Of a stretch of 64,000 nt of DNA, positions 45,635-55,669 are shown piece after piece; the first letter of the stretch is position 1; each line of letters opens with the position of its first letter. Location: the IMG/VR virus record IMGVR_UViG_3300047471_000616, positions 1 through 64,000 of that record. One strand, 5' to 3'. The DNA comes from a virus. The notes below the pieces were generated by a model that did not search any database, was not told the origin of the DNA, and saw nothing but the letters and a program-made list of their open reading frames with translations. Both the position numbers and the translations under genes were made by a program.

Positions 45635-46116
45635 CCGTAGACATTGACGAATTCAGAAAGTACCTGAAAATAGACAAGCAGGCGCTGGATGATGAAGTCA
45701 TGCAGCAGCCATCCCTGTTTTTCGAGGTGTCTGAGGCTTATACTCAGGCAGTAGCAGAACGCGACGCTTTGAAGGAGGAACTGGCACTAGTTGATGGCAG
45801 CCTTTTTGGTGGGTATCGTAAACAAGATCCCAAAGCTACTGATACCCTCATTAAGAGCAAGATTAGTATTGAGAAAGGCCACCGGGCAGCATTTACTGAA
45901 TACCTGGAAGCCAAGGAATATGCAGATAAGTTGGGTGCGTTGAAGGATGCGTTTAACCAGAGGAGTGAAATGCTAAAAGCACTAGGTAGACTATACGCAA
46001 GCAACTACTTCGAGCAAATGGCACTGAAGCCAACGCAAAGCACTGATGCAATGGTCTACCGTCGTCAACGTGAACGTCTGACTTTACAACGGAAAGGAAA
46101 AGGAAATGAACGATAG
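45631..46116 (+). CDS. UvsY-like recombination mediator (putative)
   Basis: Helical, LKID...LDDE...QP pattern; lies just upstream of SSB and RecA. Confidence 0.5.
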   Translation: MTVDIDEFRKYLKIDKQALDDEVMQQPSLFFEVSEAYTQAVAERDALKEELALVDGSLFGGYRKQDPKATDTLIKSKISIEKGHRAAFTEYLEAKEYADKLGALKDAFNQRSEMLKALGRLYASNYFEQMALKPTQSTDAMVYRRQRERLTLQRKGKGNER

Positions 46117-47023
46117 AAGCTTTAGATACCAGTCCCGCTCCAAAGAAGATTGGCGTGAACGTGCCAACATGAAGGGCGGGCAGTTCGACAGCTACATCAA
46201 GCCTGCCTACAAGATGTACAAAGTCAAGGATGGCAAGAACCTGTTGCGCATCCTGCCGCCTACTTGGCCCAAGGCCAAGCATTACGGCTACGACATCTAC
46301 GTCAACTTCGGTATTGGCCCGGACAATCAGGCTTACTTGTCATTGTCCAAGATGCAGGGCCAAGCCGACCCTATCGCTGAGGCAAGGCAGGTGGCTGAAG
46401 CCGAAGGCGATGAGACGGTGGTCAAGGCATTGCGCCCTACCTACCGGGTTCTGATGTGGGTCATTGACCGCAATGACGAGGAAGAAGGGCCGTTGCTATG
46501 GCCTTCCCCGTTCACAGTGGACAAAGCCTTCATCAACTTGGCACGGGACCAGGATACGGGTGCCATCGTGGAGATTGATCACCCTGAGGAGGGGTGTGAT
46601 ATCCGCTTCTACCGTGAAGGCACTGGCATGACCACCAAGTATGATGCCAGCAAGATGCGCCTCATGGAGGCCGGGCCAATTGCAGACAATGAGAAGCAGC
46701 AGGCGAAGTGGCTGCAATACATTGCCGAAAACCCGGTGCCTGACTGCCTGCAGTTCTATGACTACGACCACATCAACAAGGTGTTCAGTGGCACTGCGCC
46801 GCGCCCCAAGGATGAGGAGCCGGAGCCTGCGCCACGCAAGGCGGCCAAGCCGGTTGATCCTGATCCTGAGGAGGAGTCTGACCCGGAGCCTGCACCCCGT
46901 CGCGCTAGGCCACGGGTAGCTGAGTCTGAGGAGACTGCCGATCCAGGCCCCAAAAGCGGGAGCATCAGGGACCGTATCAGGCGACGGCACCAGACGGCTA
47001 GTCAGCCCGCAGAGGAAGACTGA
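46106..47023 (+). CDS. Single-stranded DNA-binding protein (gp32-like)
   Basis: GKNLLRILPP, EEGCDI...G.GMTTKY; acidic/Pro-rich tail. Confidence 0.7.
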   Translation: MNDRSFRYQSRSKEDWRERANMKGGQFDSYIKPAYKMYKVKDGKNLLRILPPTWPKAKHYGYDIYVNFGIGPDNQAYLSLSKMQGQADPIAEARQVAEAEGDETVVKALRPTYRVLMWVIDRNDEEEGPLLWPSPFTVDKAFINLARDQDTGAIVEIDHPEEGCDIRFYREGTGMTTKYDASKMRLMEAGPIADNEKQQAKWLQYIAENPVPDCLQFYDYDHINKVFSGTAPRPKDEEPEPAPRKAAKPVDPDPEEESDPEPAPRRARPRVAESEETADPGPKSGSIRDRIRRRHQTASQPAEED

Positions 47024-47031
47024 GCTACTAA

Positions 47032-47078
47032 AAAGGGGCGGCATCGACCCGTTACGGGGGGATCGCCGCCCCCTTTCT
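47032..47078 (+). terminator. Rho-independent terminator
   Basis: GGGGCGGC...GCCGCCCC followed by CTTTCT. Confidence 0.6.
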
Positions 47079-47120
47079 CAAATCCTCAATGACCACATCC
47101 CCTATGAAAGGTGGAATAAA

Positions 47121-47336
47121 ATGAGTGCTTTCAAACAGTACCGAAGGAAGCAGATAGCTGAGTTGCGGCCCTATGTGGCAGGGGAGCCGCTTGATGGGGT
47201 CAGCATAAGCGCTCCTGACAAGGAAGCTGGTTCCCCTAAGAAAGGCGACATGATAGCCCGCAACCCAAAGAATCACGCTGACCAGTGGCTGGTGGCGGCA
47301 CAGTATTTCGCTGACAATTTTGAGCCAGTATCATGA
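47121..47336 (+). CDS. Conserved hypothetical protein
   Basis: GDMIARNPKNHADQWLVA..YF.DNFE. Confidence 0.75.
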   Translation: MSAFKQYRRKQIAELRPYVAGEPLDGVSISAPDKEAGSPKKGDMIARNPKNHADQWLVAAQYFADNFEPVS

Positions 47337-47536
47337 AGAAAATCATCACCTTGGCAGCTCTATCCGTATGTGTCTGCTTATTGCCCCCTGCTGCTGAAGC
47401 CAAGAAAATGAAGGAGTGGTGTTATGGGAACGGCTGCCTCAGCGGCGGCGGCATGGCAGACAGGTCCGGCTGGCATGAGTGCCATAAGGGGGAACTCAAC
47501 GTCTGCCGCCAAAAGGCGGCTGAGAAGCCCCAATGA
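47333..47536 (+). CDS. Small secreted Cys-containing protein
   Basis: Signal peptide MKKIITLAALS...AEA. Confidence 0.55.
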   Translation: MKKIITLAALSVCVCLLPPAAEAKKMKEWCYGNGCLSGGGMADRSGWHECHKGELNVCRQKAAEKPQ

Positions 47537-48537
47537 TGGCAAAGCGTGAGCGCCCCAAGATAACCAAAACGTCGTACTTCGTAGGTGATAAGCCAGGGAT
47601 CAACTTCGTAAGTTCCGGCTGCACGCTGCTGGATTGTGCCCTGGGCGGCGGCTATGCCATCGGCCGCATCGTCAACATTGTCGGTGACAGGTCCACTGCC
47701 AAAACCGCCCTGGCCGCTGAAGCCATGATCAACTTCTTGCTGAAGTACCCCGAGGGGGCGGTGCGCTACTGTGAGACCGAAGCTGCATTTGACTCTAGCT
47801 ATGCTGCTGCCATGGGCCTGCAAATTGACAAAGTCGACTTTGGTGACAAGAACAAGCCAATCACCACAGTTGAAGAATTTGCCCGTGATTTTGACAAGTT
47901 CCTGGACGCCCAGATCAAAGCCAAGCTGCCGGGCATCTACGTAGTGGACAGCCTTGACGCCCTCAGTGACGAAGCTGAGATGGAGCGTGACGTGGGCGAA
48001 GCCAGTTACGGTATGGCCAAGGCCAAGATGTTGAGTGAATTCTTCAGGAAAACAGCCAGGAGAATTGAGCAGAGCCAGGTGTTGCTGGTAGTGGTCAGTC
48101 AGGTGCGTGAGAACATAGGGGTCACGTTTGGTGAGAAGTACCGCCGTGCAGGCGGGAAGGCCCTTGATTTCTATGCCTCGCAGATTTTCTGGCTCTCAGC
48201 TGTCAAACCGCTGAAACGCACCATCAGTAAGATTGAGCGAACCTATGGTGTGCTGATCCTAGCTAAGGTCAAGAAGAACAAGGTCGGGCTGCAATTCAGG
48301 GAGGCATCATTTGCCTTTATCTTTGGGTTTGGGGTTGACAATGTCGGTGCTTCGATAGGTTGGCTAAAGGATATTGGTGAATTGACTACTGAAGAGGCCA
48401 AAAATCTTATAATTGAATTTGGGGAGATGGATGATAAAGACTACAAGATTGAGCAACAAAAGCTAGATCAGCTAGTCAAGGAAAAATGGGCTACCGTAGA
48501 AACTAGCTTTTTGCCGACGCGGAGCAAGTATGCGTAA
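47533..48537 (+). CDS. recA: RecA/UvsX-like recombinase
   Basis: LDCALGGG..IGRIV, GDRSTAKT, VVDSLDAL, SQVRENIG, GGKALDFYAS. Confidence 0.92.
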   Translation: MMAKRERPKITKTSYFVGDKPGINFVSSGCTLLDCALGGGYAIGRIVNIVGDRSTAKTALAAEAMINFLLKYPEGAVRYCETEAAFDSSYAAAMGLQIDKVDFGDKNKPITTVEEFARDFDKFLDAQIKAKLPGIYVVDSLDALSDEAEMERDVGEASYGMAKAKMLSEFFRKTARRIEQSQVLLVVVSQVRENIGVTFGEKYRRAGGKALDFYASQIFWLSAVKPLKRTISKIERTYGVLILAKVKKNKVGLQFREASFAFIFGFGVDNVGASIGWLKDIGELTTEEAKNLIIEFGEMDDKDYKIEQQKLDQLVKEKWATVETSFLPTRSKYA

Positions 48538-49039
48538 AGGTGGGGGCAAGCAGAAAGGCGCGCAGTTTGAGAGGGACGTATGCCGTGAATTGTCGTTGTG
48601 GGTCAGTCACGGCAAACAGGAAGATGTGTACTGGCGTTCAGCTATGAGCGGAGGCAGGTCCACCGTTGCAGCCCTCAAAGGCAAGCGGCTGGCAGCCCAA
48701 TCTGGTGATCTTTCCTGCGTGCACGAAGTGGGATATGTCTTTGCCAGCAAATTTATTGTCGAGTGCAAGTTCTACGCTGACCTGAATTTCCTGGGCTTGC
48801 TGACCGGCAAAGGCAAGCTAATGGAATTTTGGGGGGAGTTACTGGTGCAGGCTGCCGCCTACAGCAAGCTTCCCATGCTTATTGCCAAGCAGAATCGCAT
48901 GCTGACCATGGTCTGCCTATGTAACATAGGGTCCAGGGAACTGAACCTTGAGAAACGGGCGCTGCTTATAGCGCCGCAACGCAGTTTGCGTATAATCCCC
49001 CTCCATGAGTTTACCCAGTATGCCACGAGGCCGACATGA
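48530..49039 (+). CDS. Holliday junction resolvase (PD-(D/E)xK)
   Basis: KGAQFER, SGDL, VECK. Confidence 0.8.
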   Translation: MRKGGGKQKGAQFERDVCRELSLWVSHGKQEDVYWRSAMSGGRSTVAALKGKRLAAQSGDLSCVHEVGYVFASKFIVECKFYADLNFLGLLTGKGKLMEFWGELLVQAAAYSKLPMLIAKQNRMLTMVCLCNIGSRELNLEKRALLIAPQRSLRIIPLHEFTQYATRPT

Positions 49040-49599
49040 GCAAAGATAGAATCACCATCAACCAGCTGATCAGGATAGCCGAAGAAAGAACCTGGGAAGA
49101 TTTTGAAGCAATGCCGGATGGGCGGCTGATTCTTCAAGACCATGCCCAGACCCTGCTTCAGAGCGAGGAACCAGTAAGCCCACTATTGTGGATATTTGAA
49201 ATGCGAATTGGGCTTCACTTCGAACGGCCAATGCAGGCCATCATGTCGTGCGGGCACTTCATCAGGATGCGCAGTGCCGACATATCTTGGGGGGTTGAGA
49301 GCTTGAGAAAGCTGGATCCAGCTCGGCCCAACGATTGCTTATACACTCAAATGGGCCCCCTCAACGTGGGCCCCCTCAACTGGGGCTGGCGTCCTTACAT
49401 GTCCCAAGCAACGTCCAATACGCCGTCCACTGTCTTTGTGGGGGTACCACTACAAACAACTTGTGGTGGGGCCGGGCCATATGCTACCCAGAATACAACA
49501 TATCAACGCGCAGCCTTACAGGCGGCTCAACAAGCAATTAAGAGTGCCACCTCTTGGGGGCTGCAGACTCTTCAAGGCCATAGCAGCACCAAGATATGA
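49036..49599 (+). CDS. Hypothetical protein
   Basis: ATGA coupling on both sides. Confidence 0.6.
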   Translation: MSKDRITINQLIRIAEERTWEDFEAMPDGRLILQDHAQTLLQSEEPVSPLLWIFEMRIGLHFERPMQAIMSCGHFIRMRSADISWGVESLRKLDPARPNDCLYTQMGPLNVGPLNWGWRPYMSQATSNTPSTVFVGVPLQTTCGGAGPYATQNTTYQRAALQAAQQAIKSATSWGLQTLQGHSSTKI

Positions 49600-50606
49600 C
49601 GTGGCTTGTTTCTGCCGATTTACACCTGTCAGACCGGCCAAAAGACTCATACCGCTTTGCCATCTTTGACTGGCTGGCTAAGCAGCAGCAGAAACACAAC
49701 GTCAGCGCCACCTTCATTCTAGGTGACCTGACCGACCGCAAAGACAATCATTCATCGGCCCTGGTCAACCGGGTCATAGATGAACTGCTGAAGCTGCGGC
49801 CACCGGTCTACATACTTCGCGGCAACCATGACGGTATTGACCCCAACAACCCCTTTTTCCGCTTCCTGCAAACCATTGAGGGGCTGGACTTTGTGGTTGA
49901 GCCTGTAGTGATCAACGGGGTGGCTATGATCCCCCACCAGCCCGATCAGGCCGCCCTGGACCGCGCCTGTGGCATTGTTAGGCCCTCTATGGCCGGGGTC
50001 ATGATGCATCAGACCCTTGACGGGGCTATGGCTGAAACCGGCACCCGTTTGTCGGGCCTACGGTGCCCGCTGATTGAGGCAATGCAGCCCGCTATGGTAT
50101 GGCAGCGGTGGCTTAGCGGTGACGTACACAAGCCCCAACGGCTCAGTGGGGGGCTAACCTACGTAGGCGCGCCCTACCATGTGCGCTTTGGTGATGACTT
50201 TGAGCCTAGGGTGTTGCTAATTGGCAACACTATAAACTCTCAAACGGCCCTGCACTTCCCCTGCCTCAAGAAATGGGTGCTGCACACTAGGGGCATTGGT
50301 GAACTTGAATTAGTGCTTGGGCTCCCGAGGAAAGGGGATCATGTCAAAATCATCGTTACGCTATCGCCTGAGGAGGTTGTGGAGTGGGCTGCAATTAAAC
50401 GTAGGATACTTGACGCCTGCCGGGCGATGGAAGTACAGGTTTTCGGTGTCGAATTGGAAATTGCAGGCAAAAAGACAAAGGGAACTACTGACCAGCAACC
50501 TGTTGTACATGACCGAACGCCGAAGGAAATATTTGGACGATTTTGCCAAGCCGAACGGGTCCCAGTAGACATCAAACAGGTAGGGGAAGAGTTTGTTTCA
50601 AATTGA
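49596..50606 (+). CDS. SbcD/Mre11-like metallophosphoesterase nuclease
   Basis: ADLH, LGDL, GNHD, GDVH. Confidence 0.88.
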   Translation: MTWLVSADLHLSDRPKDSYRFAIFDWLAKQQQKHNVSATFILGDLTDRKDNHSSALVNRVIDELLKLRPPVYILRGNHDGIDPNNPFFRFLQTIEGLDFVVEPVVINGVAMIPHQPDQAALDRACGIVRPSMAGVMMHQTLDGAMAETGTRLSGLRCPLIEAMQPAMVWQRWLSGDVHKPQRLSGGLTYVGAPYHVRFGDDFEPRVLLIGNTINSQTALHFPCLKKWVLHTRGIGELELVLGLPRKGDHVKIIVTLSPEEVVEWAAIKRRILDACRAMEVQVFGVELEIAGKKTKGTTDQQPVVHDRTPKEIFGRFCQAERVPVDIKQVGEEFVSN

Positions 50607-52194
50607 GAGCGTTGAGTTAGAGAACTTCAGGTCCTACCGTGGCAAGCATAGTATCAAGCTACCAACTGAACCCGGCCTCTACCTGCTTACCGGCCGTAAT
50701 GAAGTTGAGCCACGTCTCGGAACGAATGATGTCGGCAAGAGTACTCTCCTAGATGCCATATTTTGGTGCCTGTACGGGCGTACTTCCCGTGGCCTGAAAG
50801 CTGCCGATGTGGTCAACTGGGATGAAACCAGTTGCAGCGTCACCGTAGGGATGTGGCTCAGCGACGTGCCGTTGATAGTCAAGCGCACGCAAAGCCCTAA
50901 CAGTCTGCAGCGCAGCAATGGAGCGGTGCCACTCCACCCAGTCAGCCAGGATGATCTACAGAAACGCCTAGGACTAGGCCCCGACGCCTTCCAATACGCA
51001 ATGATGCTGCCGCAGTTCGGTGAGAGCTTCTTTGACCTGGCACCAGCAGCCAAGCTGACCCTGTTCTCACAGATCATGGGCCTAGATTACTGGCTGGAAA
51101 AGAGCCAGGAAGCTGCAGAGACGGCTGGTGAAATCTGGGCTGAAATAGAAGAAGCCAATCACGAAGAGGGCAGGTGTGACGCGCAGATTGAGATGATAAA
51201 TGTTGATCTGCAGCTGCTTGGCGGGAAACAGAAGGAATTTGTCGAAGCACAAAAGCGCGTAATTGCGACATTGGGCAAAGACAAAAATGAATTAAAAGCC
51301 GCCCAACGTAAGACCGCTGAGGCCATTGATTTTGCAGAAAAGGCCCTGCTGAACGCAACCAACAAGCTGGCCAAGATAGAAAAAGGCACGAAGGTGTGCC
51401 CTACGTGCCAGCAGACCATACCAAACTCCAAAATGAAGGCTGACGAAGCAGCCCTTGAGAAAAACCGCGGGGACTTTGAGAGGCAGCTGGTCAGGCTAAG
51501 AAGTGACCAGGCTGTCGACAGTAGTAAACTCAGTCAGATTGAGAAACACATTGCAGGTGAAACCAGCCGCGCTAACCCCTACGGTGAACAAATCAGACAA
51601 AAACAGGCCAGTCTGGTTGCTTGTAAGAAGCAGCAGGCTGACCTGATTTCACAGATAGAAGCAGCTGAGCAGGATCACGCTGCAGTAGACTTTTGGGTAG
51701 GTGGCTTCAAGCGTGTCAGGCTGTTCATAGTGGAAGAAACGCTGCGCCAGCTAGAGCTGGAAGTGAACAACAACCTGAGCAATTTAGGGCTGACTGATTG
51801 GAGGATAGAATTTGATGTGGAGCGGGAAAACAAATCAGGCGGCATCACCAAGGGCTTTGTGGTGCTTGTCTACCCCCCTGGGAGACCCGAGCCGGTCAGG
51901 TTTGAAGCTTACTCTGGTGGGGCTACTCAGCGGCTGCGTATGGCCGGGGACCTTGGGCTGGCCAACCTGATCATGCTTCGCGCTGGGCTGACCAGCGCGG
52001 TTGAGTTCTTTGATGAACCCAGCAGGCACTTGAGTACAGAAGGGCAGCTGGACCTGGCTGAAACCCTGATGCAGCGTGCCCTAACTGATAAGAAGGTGAT
52101 CTATCTCTGCGACCACAATCTCATAGATTTTGGCTTCACCGGCACCCTTACGGTAGTAAAAACGGCTGCGGGTTCGCGGCTTTCCTACGGATAG
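50593..52194 (+). CDS. SbcC/Rad50-like ATPase
   Basis: ENFRSY, NDVGKS, CPTC zinc hook, YSGG signature, FFDEP. Confidence 0.9.
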   Translation: MFQIESVELENFRSYRGKHSIKLPTEPGLYLLTGRNEVEPRLGTNDVGKSTLLDAIFWCLYGRTSRGLKAADVVNWDETSCSVTVGMWLSDVPLIVKRTQSPNSLQRSNGAVPLHPVSQDDLQKRLGLGPDAFQYAMMLPQFGESFFDLAPAAKLTLFSQIMGLDYWLEKSQEAAETAGEIWAEIEEANHEEGRCDAQIEMINVDLQLLGGKQKEFVEAQKRVIATLGKDKNELKAAQRKTAEAIDFAEKALLNATNKLAKIEKGTKVCPTCQQTIPNSKMKADEAALEKNRGDFERQLVRLRSDQAVDSSKLSQIEKHIAGETSRANPYGEQIRQKQASLVACKKQQADLISQIEAAEQDHAAVDFWVGGFKRVRLFIVEETLRQLELEVNNNLSNLGLTDWRIEFDVERENKSGGITKGFVVLVYPPGRPEPVRFEAYSGGATQRLRMAGDLGLANLIMLRAGLTSAVEFFDEPSRHLSTEGQLDLAETLMQRALTDKKVIYLCDHNLIDFGFTGTLTVVKTAAGSRLSYG

Positions 52195-52645
52195 CCATAG
52201 CCGCAGTTGCATGTTCTTTGCAGTAGACCTTACCCGCAGATGGTGCCCCGCAATACTTCTTGTCCTTGGCGTCATGGTCATTCCACAGCGGCCAATGACA
52301 CGTTTGGGTGGTCAACCCCATGAGATCGCACGGATCACTGGTTGACACTTCCTTGGGTTGGGTTGCTTCGGCACACATATCATACTCTGGCGCAAAGGCC
52401 GCGTAGGTCCTGTAAATCATCAGCCTGGGGCGTACCCGTCTAGGATTGGTAATAGCTGGTGTATATGGCTCGCCACTCATTCGCCTGCCCAGGCGGTGAA
52501 CCTTGCCAACTACGGCGTTTCTGGTTGCCCCAAGGATAAGGGCTATCTGGTTGCCTGAATGCCCGGCGTCAATAAGTCGGTTCAATTCCTTTACTTTTTC
52601 TTCGGTCCACTGGTTTATACGTCCGTTTGCATGTGCTTCAGTCAT
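52148..52645 (-). CDS. gcrA: GcrA-like cell-cycle regulator / sigma70 cofactor
   Basis: WTEEKV..L...GHS..QIA..LG.TRNAVVGKVHRLG; C-terminal CHWP...YCG....YC.EH. Confidence 0.88.
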   Translation of the reverse strand: MTEAHANGRINQWTEEKVKELNRLIDAGHSGNQIALILGATRNAVVGKVHRLGRRMSGEPYTPAITNPRRVRPRLMIYRTYAAFAPEYDMCAEATQPKEVSTSDPCDLMGLTTQTCHWPLWNDHDAKDKKYCGAPSAGKVYCKEHATAAMAIRRKAANPQPFLLP

Positions 52646-52670
52646 TGTTTCTTACCCTGATTGGTTAAGC

Positions 52671-53324
52671 CTAATGCCCAATAAACCGCACACCAATGGA
52701 TGCTACAAGCACAATGATGGACCACACGGCTCCTATGGCCCAAATGCGCCCCTGGAAGTTGGAGCTGACATTTTCCAACGTGCTTATCCTAGTTTCCATC
52801 GAATTTCTCAGCTGATCCGTTGCTGTAATTCTATTGTGTTCAAGAGACGAGACCTTTTCGTCCAGATTGTTAACAATAGTGCCTAGCTCACGGCGAACCG
52901 AGTCAACGGCTGCCTGTCCTTCCTTAATGGTCCACATCAAACCAGAGAGATCAGATAGTGATTTTCTGAACTCGTTCTGCGCTTCGTTGCGAAGCTGTTG
53001 TGCACCTTCGGCTTTATCCACCGCCTTTTCAGCGGCGATCAGCGCGGCATTCACCGCTTTCTCAGCTGCTGCTAGGGCAGCTGTAACGCCTGTCTGTTGG
53101 GCTTCATATCGTTCGCGAAGTTGCAGCGACAGGTCGCCGAACCGCTGGTTAATATACTTCTCAAAGGTGGTGAAATTCCAACCACCGGCCTCCGACGGCA
53201 AGGAGACCGTAGGCTCTGACATCCGCCAGTGCCCACCACGGTCTTTTACCAAGTCAACAGCTTGCCGAAGCTCCTTGATATTTTTTCTCAGGTCGTCAAG
53301 ACCATTTTCCTTATCATCGCCCAT
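52671..53324 (-). CDS. Coiled-coil protein with a C-terminal TM helix
   Basis: AAEKAV repeats; hydrophobic C-terminus. Confidence 0.7.
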   Translation of the reverse strand: MGDDKENGLDDLRKNIKELRQAVDLVKDRGGHWRMSEPTVSLPSEAGGWNFTTFEKYINQRFGDLSLQLRERYEAQQTGVTAALAAAEKAVNAALIAAEKAVDKAEGAQQLRNEAQNEFRKSLSDLSGLMWTIKEGQAAVDSVRRELGTIVNNLDEKVSSLEHNRITATDQLRNSMETRISTLENVSSNFQGRIWAIGAVWSIIVLVASIGVRFIGH

Positions 53325-53353
53325 GGATGCTTCTCATGCTTCATTGGAGTTTC

Positions 53354-53641
53354 TCAACGCTTTAGATGATCCATAAGCTGTTGGTGCAACCAAACGTTCT
53401 GGTCGGCGGTGCCGGTGAACTTCCCCTGGAAGCCAAGCTGTTTCGCCATGGTTGCCCTGGCTTCAAGGCTGCTGTCCCGCCCCATGAGTTTGAGCAGGTC
53501 CACCGTAGAATTGCGCCAATTGAGATTGCCCCCGGTGGTAGCGGCCTTGTCGTCCAAGTACTTGGCTTTTTCTTCTGCGGTAGGAGTTTTCTCAAACAGC
53601 TTCTTGAAGAACGCCGCAATTTCAGCGAGAATGTCCATCAT
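53354..53641 (-). CDS. DUF3597-like protein
   Basis: LNWRNSTVDLLKLMG.DSSLEAR..MA..LG....N.WLH. Confidence 0.8.
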   Translation of the reverse strand: MMDILAEIAAFFKKLFEKTPTAEEKAKYLDDKAATTGGNLNWRNSTVDLLKLMGRDSSLEARATMAKQLGFQGKFTGTADQNVWLHQQLMDHLKR

Positions 53642-53647
53642 AGCCTC

Positions 53648-54388
53648 CTATAGGGATGCTATGGCAGCATCCAGGTCTGCTTCCTTGACGCCTTCAGGCG
53701 AAGCACCATTGGCCAGCATGTACTCTTGGCTGAAGTAAGCCACACCACCAAGGAAGTACTTCTCCCAGAACTTGTTGGTAACGGCTTGCAACCGCCCCCA
53801 GGTCACCACAATCCTGAGGCCCTTGGAATTTCTTCCCACCAGAGGCACGTAGTGCCCACCAACGGGGGTCCCGGTAGTGGCCGACCACGGCTTTTCATTC
53901 TCAAACTCGGTCATTGCCGTGTCGGGTACATTGAACCCGCAACCACAGGCCCCAAAGATATAAGCAGCCAGGTCCAGGTCGGTGTTCCTGTCGATGCTGG
54001 CAAACGCCTTGACCTTGTGGAAGCTTCCACCAGAATCCTCAAGCCCAGTGGCAACCCGCCATTTGGCTACAGCTATAGGGTCCAGCCCCTTGTCCTCACC
54101 ACCGGTCAGGGTCATGTACTGACTTACAATCGTCTGGTTGTTGAAGTCTGGCATCGGCCTTTGTGTAGCCAACGCCCAGGTCATGATCTCATGAGCAGCA
54201 CCAGCCAGGACACAATCCCCGTACTGGTCATTGGCCAGCATCTGCCAGGGCACGTCGTTACCTTTGACGTGCCCATAAGTAGCGGGCACTTTAGGAAGCT
54301 GTTTCCGGTTGATGAAATCACCAAACTTCAGCTTGATGGCTTCTTCACGCCACTCCTTCATTCCCAGTCTTAGGGTCATGACACTCAA
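53648..54388 (-). CDS. Papain-like (C1/C39-type) cysteine peptidase-like protein
   Basis: NDQYGDCV, GGHYV, VVTWG. Confidence 0.65.
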   Translation of the reverse strand: MSVMTLRLGMKEWREEAIKLKFGDFINRKQLPKVPATYGHVKGNDVPWQMLANDQYGDCVLAGAAHEIMTWALATQRPMPDFNNQTIVSQYMTLTGGEDKGLDPIAVAKWRVATGLEDSGGSFHKVKAFASIDRNTDLDLAAYIFGACGCGFNVPDTAMTEFENEKPWSATTGTPVGGHYVPLVGRNSKGLRIVVTWGRLQAVTNKFWEKYFLGGVAYFSQEYMLANGASPEGVKEADLDAAIASL

Positions 54389-54654
54389 GTCCTTGTTTGG
54401 ACTGGTGGTTGACTTGGCGGAGGTGGGGGCGGTGGTGCGGCGTTGCGCACCTTTTCCGCAGCATTAAGTGCATCATCAACAATCTTGAGCAGGACTTGCC
54501 TGCCTTCTGGGGATTCAAGCTTCTGCTGGGCTTGTTCACGGTACATGCTGGCTGGCCACGTACCCATCCACATGTCGATCATCCTAGCAACATTGTCGTG
54601 CACAGACTTAGCAGCAGCGATCTGCTCAGCCTGAGTAGCCTGTCCCAGTCTCAT
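54385..54654 (-). CDS. Hypothetical protein, Pro-rich C-terminus
   Basis: ATGA coupling. Confidence 0.6.
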   Translation of the reverse strand: MRLGQATQAEQIAAAKSVHDNVARMIDMWMGTWPASMYREQAQQKLESPEGRQVLLKIVDDALNAAEKVRNAAPPPPPPPSQPPVQTRT

Positions 54655-54980
54655 TGGACTGTTGCCTCCACATCCACCGGCTTGCCGTTCACGTAGACAA
54701 CAAAGTGCACGGTAGTACCCTTAGTGGGCTCTGCACCAAGCTTGCCCGCCGACTTGGCGGTTTGGTAACCAGAGCAAATCAGGCTGACGATGGCGCTGAT
54801 GCTCATGGTTGGGTCAAGCCCAACGATTGCAGCAATTGTTGCTGCGGTCACGGCAATGCCACAGGCAGTCTTGATGGCGTCCTGGACCTTTACCGGGTCA
54901 ATGGCACAGCCACCACCCATCCCCAGAACTGGAAGGGTAGCACCAGCTAAAAGCAATGCGCGTCTGTTGATGGGGGTCAT
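54651..54980 (-). CDS. Putative Tat-exported lipoprotein
   Basis: INRRALL twin-arginine motif, then GGGC lipobox-like sequence. Confidence 0.6.
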   Translation of the reverse strand: MTPINRRALLLAGATLPVLGMGGGCAIDPVKVQDAIKTACGIAVTAATIAAIVGLDPTMSISAIVSLICSGYQTAKSAGKLGAEPTKGTTVHFVVYVNGKPVDVEATVQ

Positions 54981-54981
54981 T

Positions 54982-55164
54982 TCAGTCTCCTTTTAAGCGT
55001 CGTTCGACGCTATAAGTGGTCCACCATTGTGGGTGTTCACGCAGATGTTCTGCTGCATTAGTGGCATCTTCCTGGGTAGCGTAAGTCCCGAGTACCTTTG
55101 CGTAAGGCCAAGGCACCCTTTGGTAGGACACCACTACCCAGATCGTATTGTCTGGATCAGTCAT
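54982..55164 (-). CDS. Hypothetical protein
   Basis: 60-aa ORF coupled to neighbours. Confidence 0.55.
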   Translation of the reverse strand: MTDPDNTIWVVVSYQRVPWPYAKVLGTYATQEDATNAAEHLREHPQWWTTYSVERRLKGD

Positions 55165-55669
55165 TTAGAAACTCCTGTATGTTCTCGTGTGTCAGAAATG
55201 GGTTTAGAAGTAGCAGAGTATCAGCTGGGGTAATACGGTTCTTCGCTACAACCAACGAGTAAGGAAAGAAATTTGCTTGCTCAAGACAGTATACAATCAA
55301 TTCACTGCAAAACCAAGAATCTGTCTGACGCCAATCCCGGTCATGGGGTTGGTCACTTAGGAAGTCCCACAAAGCACCATTGTCAAACGGCTTGCCAATT
55401 TGCTTGTGCGCCACTTCCATGAAAGAAGTATAAATACTATCTGATACCTTGAGGCTGGCTATTTTTGGCGTCCCCTTGTACGGCCACGGTGGATTTGGCC
55501 GTATTCTTACCCCTCCTGGGTCATTTGATTTGTGATCCTCGCCGCTAACACCCAAAAGCCCCGTATCCAAGAAAATATCAACGTGGGAAAATGGTGAATG
55601 GCACAGTCTGCGGATGATGCTGCTGGCAAAAGCAGTGCTCGTAGAGTACTGAATAAGGATCTCAGCCAT
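55157..55669 (-). CDS. Permuted papain-like amidase (YiiX/YebB, NlpC/P60 superfamily)
   Basis: FSHVD...QIGKPFD...WFCSELI...TP. Confidence 0.8.
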   Translation of the reverse strand: MAEILIQYSTSTAFASSIIRRLCHSPFSHVDIFLDTGLLGVSGEDHKSNDPGGVRIRPNPPWPYKGTPKIASLKVSDSIYTSFMEVAHKQIGKPFDNGALWDFLSDQPHDRDWRQTDSWFCSELIVYCLEQANFFPYSLVVAKNRITPADTLLLLNPFLTHENIQEFLND

